Source: Ascidiella aspersa
Lineage: Eukaryota
DNA length: 64,000 nucleotides
Assembly: GCA_963924565.1 (NCBI GenBank)
Contig: OZ004611.1
Location: 18,414,001 to 18,478,000, forward strand
Reading direction: 5' to 3'
A model generated the notes under the pieces. The model saw nothing but the letters and a program-made list of their open reading frames with translations. It had not been told where the DNA came from and did not search any database. Shown here piece by piece: positions 37,101 to 50,311 of this stretch (position 1 is the stretch's first letter; every line of letters begins with the position of its first letter). A program made the translations under genes and the position numbers.

Positions 37101-40100
37101 TAAATTACAAAAGAGAACAGATAAACTAGAAGGCTATATATTGGGGAATGGTGATGTATTGCCTTTCACAAAGCACCAGCGCACGGGGAGTTAAGTTGTG
37201 AGTTATTTACAGTTTGTTAAACCAGGAGTTGACTGTATTCATAACTGTAGGAATGGCAATTATCAGAAATGTATTTTATAGAAGAATATCATATCATTTG
37301 AAAGATTGGTGTGCCACAAGTACATAAGCTTTTAGTCCAGAGTATCACAAGAACTGATATAATGGTGCTTGATAAAGAATTGCAAAGCCAAAAAGGTTGA
37401 GTAGTCACATCAACTGAACATGATACAAGTTTGAATTAAAATGTCTTAATCAAGATAATGTGAATCTACTTGACCTTTTCAGCTTTCCAATTCTTTATCA
37501 AGCTACATTGCAGATATATATTTGTTATAAAATGTCAGTATTAAGATTTTCTATAATGTACTGTGTTAATAAATGGTGCAAGGTAATCTTACTTCCACTT
37601 AAATTAAAAGGTTACTTGATGGTAACAGTTAAACATTTTTTTGAAAAGAATATGCTTTTTTTAACTGATTTAAGTACAATTGAATATTGAAAAACAAACT
37701 ATAGTAGTCCAATTACAAGTATGTTACATATAAAATAGTAATCAACCATAAGGAAATCATGAAAATCGATATTTGAATAAAACAGGCAACTGTGCGATTA
37801 GCAAATCAGCAGCCTCATGCAATTACACTCCCACAATGATATGACATCATAGAACACTGAAATCATATGATGCATTGAAGCCTATTGTGACATAACAGTT
37901 CTTAGTGTGGACAGGCTTATTTAAAAAATACATTTATACTTACTTGTAGTATACCAATAAGAAGAGTGAGTGATACAACTATTGATAAGTTGTAGGAAAT
38001 TTCTGATAAACCGTTGGCATCTGTGGATACTGAGTATAAAGAAGAAATTGTTAAAGAAGGAAACATTTTGATAAATTCCAGGTAAACTATAATATAAATT
38101 TAGTGCTATTTAAATATAGTACAGGCTTTATTAGTCATTCTTTGTAATGCAGGTCAAATGTATTATTGTTTCATTAAAGTTGTATGATTTTACGACCTGT
38201 TAGCTAATAGGATATTTTCTTTATGATTTATATCCTTGCAACATTTTATTTTTTAACTCAATTAACTGAGAACAATTTACTAATATATTATATTTGTTTA
38301 AATTACAAGTTGAAAAATTTAAAAATTGTGTGAAAAAAATGTTCTTGAATATAATATTTACCTGTAGAAAGGCTATCACTTGTAGTGATGCTAACAGCGG
38401 TGGACATAGGAGGCATTGTTTGAGATGAGTTGGTTGCCAAGGCAGTAAAGGGGTGGGTTCCTAGGTATTTCTCAAGGGCTGAACCCAACATTAGACTAAT
38501 GACTGCGAATGTTCCTATAGTATAACATAAAATTTGCTGCTATTGCACTGCTTGCCTTTAGCTGCTAATAAACATCATGAAATTTTAAATAGAATGAGAC
38601 CAATATTAAATTTTTAACTGATTACTATATTGTACAATACACAATTATTAAATAAAAGCCAACCAATGCAAAGTTATAAATTTTTAACAAACCACAAGTA
38701 CAATATGTATACATTACAACTATATTTCAAATTGTTATCAAATTTTCAAAAATTCTATAAAATGAACAACATGGGTGATTAATGTGAGTTTATTTAGAAA
38801 TAAATAGGGAAACAAGTAATATTACATGGTGCGGGGAGTTGAAGTAGATGAAAAAAGCAACAACAGTGGGTAGTTGTAGGCCACTTTAGATAATGACAAA
38901 AAGTTTTTTTATCATTAATCAAAATATTTCTTTTTGTCAGAGTGTATGTCGGCAACTGTGGACCACAGTCCAAATGTGGGCCTTTGAGTCATTTTTAGTA
39001 GGCCATGGGCTATTTTTTAATATTTCAGTTTTGTCATGCAGTTCCGGGCCGTGTGATAGCCGTACCATACGTTCACTGTACTGTATTTTTTACATTGGGT
39101 GGCTAAGAATTTTTTTTTTTGCTCACTGTTACATCATGCGTGACCAGCTATGCCCCCCCAAATAAAACTATAGTTTTATCTAAGTAACTATGTAAATAAA
39201 TTTTTTTTATGCTCCATGGAAACTTAGTCAGTTTTTAATAATTTATTTCAGTCCAAGTCTTCCAAACAAAAAAATCCTGAATCCGCCCCTGAAACTTAGT
39301 GGGCCTTTCAATAGCTATTGAAAGAGCATTTTTGGCTGCAATGAAAAAAGTTTGCAGACCCCTACCCTATAGTGTTGTTTTTGCGTATCATTTCTTCCTA
39401 ATGAGATAACATAAAAAAGCTATGATTTTATTTTATTTGTAGAGGGCAGCAGTAGCAAAAGTATGCAGAAATGCAAAGATATTTTAAATTCAACCCAATG
39501 TGCCCTTAAATATCACATAATTCCTTGACTTTCATCTATTCTAAAGAGACTGAACGGTTGTCAATGTAGTTTATGTATAACTCACACTAACCAACAGATA
39601 CATGTCGACTTGTGCCAAGAAATGTGTAAGTGATAGGAGCAAAAAATGCAACATACATTCCATTAATTGGCTGCAATCCAGCAAGCTGCCCATAAGCCAG
39701 ACCTAAAAATAAAAACAAAAAAATTATTTACAAATAATATATAAGCCTATTATTCTAAACTGTCCAAATCTCAGAGGTCACATGGAAGTAAGTTTAAAAT
39801 TTTGTTTATCTTGTATTTTATTCATATTGGTGAAAACCTTTACACAAATAGATCTGCAGTATCAGTTCTCAAAAATAGCAAAACCTTTCATTAAACACTT
39901 TTATATATTTTTATTTTTAACTTGGTTGTTACATCAGGAAAAAGTTAAGACTTACTTTGTGGTATTCTTACAATGGCTGTTGTAATTCCTCCAATTAAAT
40001 CACCTGGTAGGTATTGTTTTATCTTGTAATTAGGCAACCAGGTTAAAATTGGAAAGAATGACAGCAGAAAATTGCCACAGCATTTTTTATTGCATTTTAT

Positions 40101-40501
40101 TCCGTCTTTAATTCTGGTGCTGTAGAAAAAGCATGTATATAAGATTGTGAAAATAAATATGTGAAAAGAATACAATTGTATAAATTTGCAAAACGTTTGC
40201 ATCTAATAAGATTTGAATAACTTTTTAAGCATACTGACTATTAATAGGCTATATAGCCTTATTGGTATAAGATAAAGGTAAATGTTTACACTTGTAACAC
40301 ATGAAACCAAAAAAACAAAATACCACATGTTAGGGTAAAAGTTATAAATAACTTGATAAACAATTTTTACAAACCTATATATTTCCTATGTAAACAGTAC
40401 CTTAACTTTGTTTTTGGTGCTCGGTGATAATCATATACCCGTCGAAAATCAAACTCAGTGAGTGTGTCGTCATAACTCATTGGTGAAATTAATGTTTTCA
40501 T
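28110..40501 (-). CDS. SLC26/SulP anion transporter with STAS domain, SLC26A1/A2 (sulfate transporter)-like motifs, ~824 aa
   Basis: 15 phase-compatible GT-AG exons: 40501-40401, 40119-39956, 39702-39592, 38514-38362, 38029-37944, 35587-35423, 35254-35151, 34123-33989, 33804-33657, 33076-32963, 31783-31610, 30376-30200, 29703-29571, 29331-28823, 28310-28110. Motifs GDLIGG..RIPQSLAY, GTSRHVSVGTF, NQELFALG, SAALARS, STAS IIFDCSGWTFIDLMG. Start codon uncertain (a further small exon lies at ~40876-40834). Confidence 0.93.
36640..36800 (-). mobile_element. Possible highly decayed LINE RT fragment in SLC26 intron
   Basis: Minus strand translates LLPK...THFRPICLL, resembling the LIPK...RPISLL RT motif; short and weak. 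Confidence 0.3.
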
Positions 40502-41443
40502 AACAGAATAAAACAGCTAAAAGCTAAATACTAAAAACATATTGAATAAAATGTATTAAAGGTTATTTTATTTCTGCAATGCAAATTATTACACTTCATA
40601 ATGTATATAAAAACAACAAAATTTGTACCAAAGCTATCACTTCTGCCAGGTAAAGACTTTGAGAACGACTGACTTCGACTAATACACAAAAACTAAGGTG
40701 ATTAGATTAGAAAATTTAACTTGAGCACCCAAATTGTACATACTTTGCATCAAACCTTCTAACACAACCTAATCTAACTATTCTGAAGGCAAATTCTTTT
40801 TATACAGATCTTTCCAAATCATGGTAAACATACAATAATTTTAATAGACTGTTGCTGTCAGCCATTTGTTTACACCTGAAAATATTTTTATTATATATAT
40901 ATTCAGAGTAATCTATGTAAAAGCATCAGATTTGCAACTTGGAAAAAATATTAATATACAGCCAGCAAACAATAAAAAATAAAACACAGGTGCAAAACAC
41001 GGTGATAAACATGGTCAAGCCCCATGACAACAAACATTTTTTATTGTTTGGCTGCATAAATATATATTGTTAAGTTGCAAATTCAATGCCCTGACAAAGA
41101 ATACCTGAATAGGTCATCAAAACATTCCAGTCTGCATTGTCTGAGACTTTACACAGACATCTGGGGTGTGAAGCGCCAAATTATCAGTGTGCAAATAAAG
41201 TTTTGTGCACACCTGAAGTTTGGGAATATAGCACAACTCAACTTTTTTTCAAGATTTAGGTGTGCAAGTTACTAATGCGAGTATGTACATCAATTCCTAT
41301 CAAACAAATTTCGGGTGTGCTTGCCACAGAATGCAGACCAGGAAACATATAAAAAAATATTAGTTGGACAAACGATTTTATAATTGAAACAACTTGCTGT
41401 GTAATCACCTTAAAGATTAAAACAATCCCAAGTAAAACCAATG

Positions 41444-41716
41444 GGCGCTCTTTCACTATTGTACGTAAAAATTAATAAAAATTTATTTTTCTTTAAATGC
41501 CGCTTACCACAACGCATATTGTTTGGGTTTGGGTGTGGGTTAGCGTTTGGTTGAGGGTGGGTCAAGTTATTATTATTAATAAACATAATATTACTTGACC
41601 CACCCTCAACCAAACGCTAACCCGCACCCTAACCCAAACAATATGCGTTGTGGTAAGCGGTATTATTATTTTTTTTTTTTTGCATAACTTTTCACGTACA
41701 ATAGTGAAAGAGCGCC
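41444..41716. mobile_element. Foldback MITE with 8-bp TSD (GG...CC termini, Merlin-like)
   Basis: Nearly the whole element is an inverted repeat (GGCGCTCTTTCACTATTGTACGT / ACGTACAATAGTGAAAGAGCGCC); exact TSD AACCAATG (41436-41443, 41717-41724). Confidence 0.85.
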
Positions 41717-42300
41717 AACCAATGCAATACACTACATTACTAATGCTTAAATTAAAATCTGGCATTACACAAAACAGGAATCTTTAATGTATAGCTGCTA
41801 TTGCCAATCAACTCTGCGATAAAAAGTTGAAAAATAAACACACCGGTGTATAACAAAACTTGTGTTTAGGGAGACACAACAAACGAACCAAAATATTAAG
41901 TTTGCAAGTGAAATATTGTAGTTCATGTTAAACTGTTCTTTAGTAGCTTTTTATAATATATGAAACATTGCCATACTTATGCAAGCCGGTGTTGCTTTTT
42001 CGTCATATTTGTTTCACATTACTATACCACAAATCGTTTTCTGAAGATCCTGCTCTGTATAACCTTGACAATCTTCAGCTAAACGCTTATTAAAATCCTA
42101 TGTCAAAATTCACGCTTATATCTAGAACCGGCATGTTTAAATTTTCAAACGATAAACAACCACAAAGCCCATGGCGATTCATCATCGTTGTTATGCAAAA
42201 CGTCACAGTTGCGTCATTTGCCTTCGGCGTTGCATCACAAAGATCGGAAACAACTAGCTCGCGCGTCGGACAAGCTTGGTTGATAACAGCTGGCTTCACA

Positions 42301-42560
42301 TCCGTGACACAAACGACTTTGAGTTGTTGACACATGCTGACGCAGCTGTTTTTTTGTCTTTTTTAGTTTTTATTAGCAACCGCATACCACAAATTTAAGC
42401 GTTTTGTCCAAACCTTTTACGACATAATATAATGGTTTTAAAAAAAGTGCGTATAACAAACTTCTTAAAAGGTCTCAGAAATAATTTTTACCGATCTTTG
42501 TTGTCCTCCATGGATCCTGTACAGTAGTGAAGTGGTCAGAATTTGTAGAAAGTTATACGT
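42301..42560. repeat. Direct repeat, copy 1 (copy 2 at 44906-45186)
   Basis: TCCGTGA.ACAAACGACTTT.AGTTGTTGA...GTGGTCAGAATTT...AAGTTATACGT colinear in both copies. Confidence 0.85.
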
Positions 42561-42566
42561 TTAAAC

Positions 42567-43149
42567 CAGGGAGTCGAACCGGAACCGAACCGGAACTTTA
42601 TGAACCGGTTTTGGGTCAATTTTTCCCGAACCGTAACCGAACCTGAACCGTTTTTTGCAAGGTTTTAAGGAGCCGAACCGGAACTGAACCGAATAATTTG
42701 AAAGAACCTGAACCATAACCGAACCCGAACCTGTAAACAAAAGCGGTTCACTCCAGCATGACGTCACAACTTTATGTTACGCCATGTTCGATATTTTATG
42801 GGAAAGTTTTTATGCCATGTTCGAAATTTTGTGAAAAAAATATTAATATTAATAAATAAAACGTGGATTTTTTATTTTTCAGATATTTGAATAATGAGTG
42901 GCTGTCTTTTTAAAACGTCACGTAACTTAGATTAAATGACTTATAATTCAAATATTTACACATTTTTAGATTTAACGCAACTTATATTGTATCCGAACCG
43001 GAACAGTATAAACCGGTTTTGAAATAACAATGGTCGAACCGGAACTTTTAAATTGCTCGAAACCTAAACCGGAACTGAACCGGATTCCGTAAAAATCCTT
43101 AAACCCGAACCGAACCTGAACCGGAAAAGTCAAACGGTTCGACTCCCTG
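42567..43149. mobile_element. hAT MITE with GAACCG subterminal arrays
   Basis: TIR CAGGGAGTCGAACCG / CGGTTCGACTCCCTG; exact TSD GTTTAAAC; many GAACC(G) repeats near both ends. Confidence 0.92.
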
Positions 43150-43178
43150 GTTTAAACTCATATGTGTAGTGTCTATCC

Positions 43179-43742
43179 CAGTAGTTCTCATTTTTTTTTA
43201 CATTCCTCCCTTACAAGCCCAAACACTTGTCAATACCTCCCTAGAAAAAACACGAAGTATTCTAACTTTTATTATTTAGTATTTCGATTTACCTTGCTGA
43301 CAGAAAATCAAATCTACAGAAAAGAATCGACAAAATTAAAAAAAATATATACATAAAATGCAATAGATACATCTGCGTCAAAAGCCAAGGCTAATTGTTA
43401 CAAAATTTGGATGTGCTAATCGTCTAAAATTTGAATTTGTTTAAACGTATGACGTAACTAAAATGGCCTGTATGGATGTAGCCTATATTATGGCTGTACA
43501 TGCGAAGAAAGAATAGACTAATCACTAATATATAACTGAAAAAAACAATATACTTAGAATAGGACCTAATGGACTTTTTAAAATGTTAATCATAAAAGTA
43601 AAAAACTTTTCATTACATATAACCAATTAAATAACTTCCTTTTTATCCATTTTTCCTCCCAATTCCTCCCTGGAACAAATTTCCTCCCCTAATTCAAAAA
43701 TTTCCCCTAAGGGAGCCAAGTGACGCCTTTTGATAACTACTG
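43179..43742. mobile_element. hAT MITE
   Basis: TIR CAGTAGTTCTCA / TGATAACTACTG; exact TSD GTCTATCC. Confidence 0.85.
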
Positions 43743-44165
43743 GTCTATCCAATCTCGCTGAAAAATATATTTTCGTTTTTCAACAAAATGTTTTTCTCGT
43801 TTCGTCTATGGGTCCACATTGTTATCTTAATTGTCAATGTGGTCAACGGTAAAATAAGCAACGCCTTATCTGAAATAGATGAACCGGCTATATTTTGAAC
43901 GAACAACGGGACGCAGATCTGTTTGCTTTTCACAGCAAAATTGGGTTTTATAAAGACACAATATACAGCCCCACGCAAAATCCCACTAGAGGCAATTCAT
44001 TGAAGCAGTGATAAGCAAACTTTTCTGTCGAGGCAATAAATACTTTTAAAAATGTTATTAAAGGCCCAGTACGTGAAATCACTACGACAACAGGGCGGAT
44101 CTAGGACGAAAACTGAAAACAATATTAAATTGCTTGCGGCCCAATAAAAATTGTTAAAAGCTCTT

Positions 44166-44904
44166 ACCCGATCCATTAGAAATTAGTGCAGTTCTAAGCA
44201 AGGAGGTTCAAGCAAAACCACAAAGGTTTTTGCTTGAATCTTACGATATGGAGAAGAGATCAACAACTAGCAATGTTGGAGCAGGCTTAGATCCCAAAAT
44301 TAACAAAAATAGTAATAATATTATTATTATTTCATCAATTAAGCAAGGAGGTCTACGACATTCAATGCATCCAAAGGAACAAAATGTCTGACTTTTAGTC
44401 TTGAGGTCTTCTTGGACAATGTACTAATTTGACTTAACAAATCTGCACAAGAAGAATAAATTTAATATTACTTGACCCACTCGAACCCAAACGCTAACCA
44501 GCACCCTTACTCAATACATAAATGACAAGATAAATAGCGCTTTAGGAGATCCCGAAACATCAATGTGTGACGTAACAATCCTATGTACCCTGGACGACAA
44601 AAAAGCCTACCTGAGTTTGGGCTTTTTCCCCAGTGTTCAAATAAATATTTAATTACCTCACATTATTTAGCTTAGGGTTCGGGTTCAGGTAGGTCGAGTA
44701 TTAGTAATTCTATTTCATTTTTTTATCTTTAGTGGATTTTCAGCGAATATTTTTAATTTCTCCATGCCAGGAGTTTACCTAAAGGTCCAAATTAGTGCTT
44801 TGCCACGACCTCAAGGTCTAAAAGTCAGACTTTTCTGCCATTGGATGACCTAATTGTCGTAGTCCTTTTTGCTTAGAACTGCACTACCTTCTAACGGATC
44901 GGGT
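44166..44904. mobile_element. Foldback element with long degenerate TIRs
   Basis: ACCCGATCCATTAGAAATTAGTGCAGTTCTAAGCAA versus TTGCTTAGAACTGCACTACCTTCTAACGGATCGGGT; inner arms TCTGACTTTTAGTCTTGAGGTC / GACCTCAAGGTCTAAAAGTCAGA. No TSD seen. Confidence 0.7.
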
Positions 44905-44905
44905 G

Positions 44906-45186
44906 TCCGTGAAACAAACGACTTTTAGTTGTTGAATCTGCTGACGCAGATGTTCATTTGTCTTTTTTATTTTTATTAGCATCCGCATACTACAAATTTA
45001 GGCGTTTATCAAACCGCACAAACTTTTTACGACATAATATATTGGTTTTAAAATAAGCGTGCAGTATACCAAACTTCGGTCTCAAAAATAATTTCTACCG
45101 ATCTCTATAGTCCTTAACTGGGCCTCCATGGACCCCGTACAGTAATGTTTATCAAAGTGGTCAGAATTTTGTTTCAAGTTATACGT
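44906..45186. repeat. Direct repeat, copy 2
   Basis: Colinear with 42301-42560. Confidence 0.85.
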
Positions 45187-45193
45187 CCTAGGC

Positions 45194-46100
45194 CAGCGGT
45201 TCTTAACCAATGGGTAATTTTACCCACGTGTGGGTAATTTCAGGATAGCAGGTGGGTAATCAGCTGAACCAAAGTATTTAAAATTGGTTGTAACAAACAA
45301 TGTCACAGCTGTAAGTGGTAAGTTGCTTTGTTACTTAAACTTTTTTTTTAAATTGTGAGTCCTTTTAAAACAGTGCTTCTCAACCTATGGGTCGCGACCC
45401 AAAATTGGGTCGCTGTTTGATTTGGTTGGGTCGCCGACCGCAGTAGCTCCCATGTTTATATCAATTGAGATTGGTTCTGAGCAAAATTTCTCAATTAAGA
45501 AATTTAAGGAAGCAATACAAATAATGTCTTATAATAATAATTACTACAATTCGAAATTTTTTACGCTAATGCCTATTTTTTATTCGCTAACAAGAAGCTA
45601 GTTTTTATTTCGCTTACAAGAAAAAAAAAATGGGTCGCCAAAGCTTAGTTGTCAGACTTACGCTTAATATTTGGGTCGCCGCGAAAAAAGGTTGAGAAGC
45701 ACTGTTTTAAAACAACCAAACAAGCACAAGGATTGTTTATCAATTTTACAATTGTTGCGTCATAGTGATCATTTTTTCCGGTTTTACCTATTTTATTTTT
45801 ATGTGACGTAATAATAACATTTTTCTTATATCCGCTAAGGTCTAGCCTAGCTATTTTTTCATATTCAGTTTGCTGTTAGTGTTTATTTTTGAAGGTATTT
45901 TTGGTGGAGTTGTTTGGAGTAGTATACAGTAGCTATATAAGTGTGCATTTAGAGTTAGTGTTGAGACGAGTGAGCTATAATTTGTTGAATAACGCTGTTT
46001 TATATTTTTAGTATGGCAAAAAATAAAATTAGAATTTGGGTATTGGGACTTTGATCTGGACAGAAATGGGTAATAAGGGAAAAAAGGTTAAGAACCCCTG
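45194..46100. mobile_element. hAT MITE hosting a nested MITE
   Basis: TIR CAGCGGTTCTTAACC / GGTTAAGAACCCCTG; exact TSD TCCTAGGC. Confidence 0.9.
45371..45704. mobile_element. Nested hAT MITE
   Basis: Perfect 16-bp TIR CAGTGCTTCTCAACCT / AGGTTGAGAAGCACTG; exact TSD TTTTAAAA; GGGTCGC subterminal repeats. Confidence 0.92.
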
Positions 46101-47465
46101 TCCTAGGCTACTCTTAGGAAGCCCAACTCTACCACAAGTTATTTCGAGTAAATACCTTTAAATTCAAGCAATTACAGAGATTTTACTCAGATAAGATTTT
46201 CAGGGTCTGGCTTGTAGATGGATTTTCCTTCGTTTTTTAAGGTTTAATCAAAAAAGCTAAAATACTGTAATTACCTGACGTTGACTTTCGCGAAGGGCAG
46301 GTCTCTTACGTTGATTTGTTTTAGGCGTCCGACGCGTCATTTTTTACATCATAACATCTTCCCGTGCCAGAGTTTCACGTATTTCTTTCTCATATTAAAA
46401 CTTAAAACCGCTTTTTTACAAAAATAAATACGTTATTTGCACATAAAAAACATTTGTTTATTTAATCAATCAAACCATTCATCATAATTGAAAAATGTAT
46501 CTTTACAATCGTTTGTTTTTAGCCAAACTCTAAATCTAAAGATTGGCCTTAAGCTGTGTAGTAGGAATGCGCATTACTGCATCTAGGTGTCCGTTGGTGA
46601 GCTACTTTTGCTTCATGTTTTTTCACACCAAGCTATACGTTAATGCTAGCCTCCTACAACGAATAATGTTATAATATCAGAAGTAATTGTTAGTTATCGT
46701 GATGTAAAAAAATTAGTGTTTTATGATCGTCATATAAAAAAATTAGTGTTTTATGACAATTGGCTGAATAACAATTTAAGTATTTTGGGGGGCTTGCGTG
46801 CCATTTTTTATTAGGTCGCGTGCCACATTTGTGCCGTGTGTTGGACACTCCTGGTTTAAACCATTTATCTTGTAAAAATGCACGACAAGCACAACCGCTT
46901 CGTTAAACAATTAGATTATGCAGATGAGCGACAAGTTCACGTTTTAATCATCGAGAAGCAGGTATACCGTATGCCTCATTGTGTAGTTTAAACAAACGGA
47001 CAAGTACGGCGCGCATATAAGTAAGCCTTGTTCAGGTTTTCAATTATAGATATATACCTAACAAATACAATCAACTTGTTGTCTAAATTGGCCACATTGG
47101 TGGATTCAACTATCTGCAAAGCAAACTTTTATTTACTTTATCAATCAGTTGGTTTTTAATATGTTGTCCAATTTCTATGAAGCGTCTACGAATGTTGTCA
47201 GCCGAGTCTGGTATTCCTTTTAATTCATCAGCTGTGCATAATCTATAGCTAATAGCAATAGCACAGGTTTTACGAATTTGTCGTCAATGATGTGCGGATT
47301 TTTATTTTTGGGTCTAAATGTGCCACTTTAAAGGATATGTTTTTTAAGATTTTTCTGAAGTTGGGAAGAACGTTTATGATTTTCATTTCACACGACCATT
47401 CGTTTTCTAGGCGACGAAAAAAAAGCATCGGTGTGTCTAAATATTAAAGACGCCGTTCTTTAAAA

Positions 47466-47770
47466 CAGTGGTTCTCAACCTGAGGCTGGGGTCCGCTCCC
47501 CTTTAGATACTCGCAAGGCAGTTTGTAGGGACCTCGAAGGAAATTCTGTGTCTATGATGCTGTTAATCGGAAAGTACGCTCTTCTCAACGTATATATGCA
47601 TTGTTATGCACAGTTAACGATTTGCCTTTAATTGTATGGGAATAAATTATTGTTGTAAAATCACCTTTTTGTTCTGCTGATTGTCCTTCATTTTTTATTG
47701 CACCGTGAATCATCTTAAAAGTTACCAGGGGACCGCCACGTATTTTTTGGATAAAGATTTGGAACCACGG
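47466..47770. mobile_element. Degenerate hAT MITE
   Basis: Left end CAGTGGTTCTCAACCT, eroded right end TTTGGAACCACGG; TSD not preserved. Confidence 0.5.
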
Positions 47771-50311
47771 CTCTTGTTTGCAAGAACTTCAGTGGAATTA
47801 AAACATCGATGGCACATCGTTAATAAAAATACACGTGAAACTAAATTTGATGAATTCATTACATCTTTCTTAATTTTATTGACCGCTAATTTTAAGTTTT
47901 CTTCAGCTTTTTAGCTTTTCATCGGCTTCTTAACATGTTTTCTAAATAGAATAAAAGTCCTTCCTTTAGTTCGATAAAATACTTCTTTTTTTAATTAGCT
48001 ATTTGTTTTGCAAACCTGGGTAAAGTTAGCTTAGTGTGCAACTGTGCTGTCACAAACAAACATTAATAATGTGCCTAAAATTATATTAATGCGACAAATA
48101 TCAGGTTTATTCTAACTTAGATCACAAAACAGCGAAAAAAGTGTCGTTCTATAAACACATTTCAATTTTTGCGACCCATAAAGAAATGTTTTGCGGCCCA
48201 AATGTTTGAGTGTTAAGTTTTAAAAGGTTGGGAACTATTGTATATGGATTTTTTAATATATTCAGCACGTGTCTCCAACCATTTCTTCTTCCAAAAAAGC
48301 TTGGTGACGGACTTCCATTCCTTATGTCCCTGTTGAATGGTTCACCTTGAATATTTTTGACGAATTTGCCTATATCTATATAATATAGAAAAAATGCAAA
48401 CGCAAATGCAAATATCTCAAAAATCGGATTTGAAATAAAATAAGCAGTATTAGAAATTAGCGTCATGGTATTTTAATACCAACTGCATTGTTAAAATTCG
48501 TTTCTTCTATTGTCCTTAAATCACAAAATTTGTATTCACAAAATTTGTATTGTATTCCTGGAAGCGCGTTAACACAACTCCAGAGTAAAATCCTATTTCC
48601 CATAAAGTCATAATATTTTAATGTGGTACGCGGATAACACCAAATAACACACAAAAATAAGGTAGACAAAAGGAAATGCCGGCGTTTACCACTGGTTGGT
48701 TTTCACAGACAGTTTCATATACACACAAGGATAAAGGGAGACAGTTAATTACTGTATTATGATCTTAGTGATGTTTTTTTTATAGAAGAGCTACAACCCT
48801 TACAAAATGTCACCCGTAGCTGTAAGTTTATAGTTTGGGAACACTGTCAATTCGATAAACCTGATGAATCTAAATAACAGTAAGCCAAAAACCCTGCAAA
48901 GCGCAAAATATCGCGTACTTTTTTAATCAAAGTACACCGAAAAAATCAATCATGGATTAGTTTATAATTTTTTCAACAGATCTCCCACGCTGGTGCTATC
49001 ATGATCTCGCAGACATAGTTTACCCATTTTATTCATGGGTGACCGACGTCCAGTGCGACAAAATGTCATGTTGTCTGAAGCGACTATAGTATGACGCTGA
49101 GCGTAAGATTCGTGCATGTACAACGGCTTGTAGCTACGAGTTATTTGCAACAAACTTTAGTCAAGTAAACTACAATTAAACTAAACTTTAGTCAGGTGAT
49201 TACACCAGTCTGAAATAAGACAGAACTAGGTGAAAAACTGTTGTACATTCGAGAGTAACTGGTTCAGGGTTTTTCAATGTCAGGTAAAACATTTTATGGC
49301 GGGTTGCTTTGACTTAGCACTACGTTATAAAACATGTTAAATAAATTACCACCAAAAACGATATGTCTTAAATGTTTTCTTTTTTTAACGTACTTCCAAC
49401 AAAGTTTGTTGTCGTTAAAACTCCATAAGCAACTTATCTTAGCGCTACCACGGTCAGTTACTGTAAACGATAAAACGTTTATCACAAAGCGTGACGGTAA
49501 CAAAATAGAGGTAACCTGATCTAAAAAATTTTGCGAAGCATTGCGTAAGACGGTAAAAGCAAGTTTGCGCGATCAGCTTTGGGTTTTGCGTTCGTAAACG
49601 CTACGAGGTAAGGTAACAAGTATATGATATTTGTATAAATGTATCTACAATTCCTTTACGTTATCAAATATCGATGTTTGCCAAATAAGTTTGACAGGGA
49701 GTTGGGCGACAATGTGACAACACAGCAATTATAATATTTTCGGGATAAATTCGACTCACTTTACTAGTGTGGGCAACCTTTCGGCATGCACAAACTGGAA
49801 ATAGCTGAGAGTTTGAAAGGCAGTTAAATTTGTTTATTTTGGTGTTTAAAACATTGGTATAGAATGTAACTTTCGCAGCGCAACCAATTGCTGAGGGGCT
49901 CCAAAATTTAGTTATTTTAGGTTGAGAAGTAAATTTAACGGTTTACTTATTTACTAAAAGAAATGTGACTTCCAACTGAAACCTAATAATTGTGAAAGGC
50001 TTGTTTTACTATATTATGCTAGACAAGTCGTAATTATACAGAAAATGCGTGGTTGCATATCTTTTTTATATCTTTTGAAAGAGCAATCAGCCTTAATTAC
50101 ACCATTGAAATCGCAATGTTAATAGAGTACAATTATGTTGCACTGTATACTTTCTAACGGTCGACTAGGTTCATTTGATTGGTACAGGTTTCAAAACATG
50201 ACAGAACAAATTGTGAGATATAAAGCGACCGAATTTGTTTTTTTGTACAAGGTTGACGTATTTTTTAACGACGGACATATTTTGAAACAACATCTTCGCC
50301 TCAACTTAGAC

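Noticed and set aside
40834-40865. First coding exon MADSNSLLKL of the minus-strand SLC26 gene
   Set aside because: Good splice signals, but its phase-2 donor does not join the available acceptors near 40517-40525 without a stop; left as a possible UTR or alternative exon.
42567-43149. CRISPR-like repeat array
   Set aside because: Irregular 5-6-bp motifs inside TIRs and a TSD; these are MITE subterminal repeats in eukaryotic DNA.
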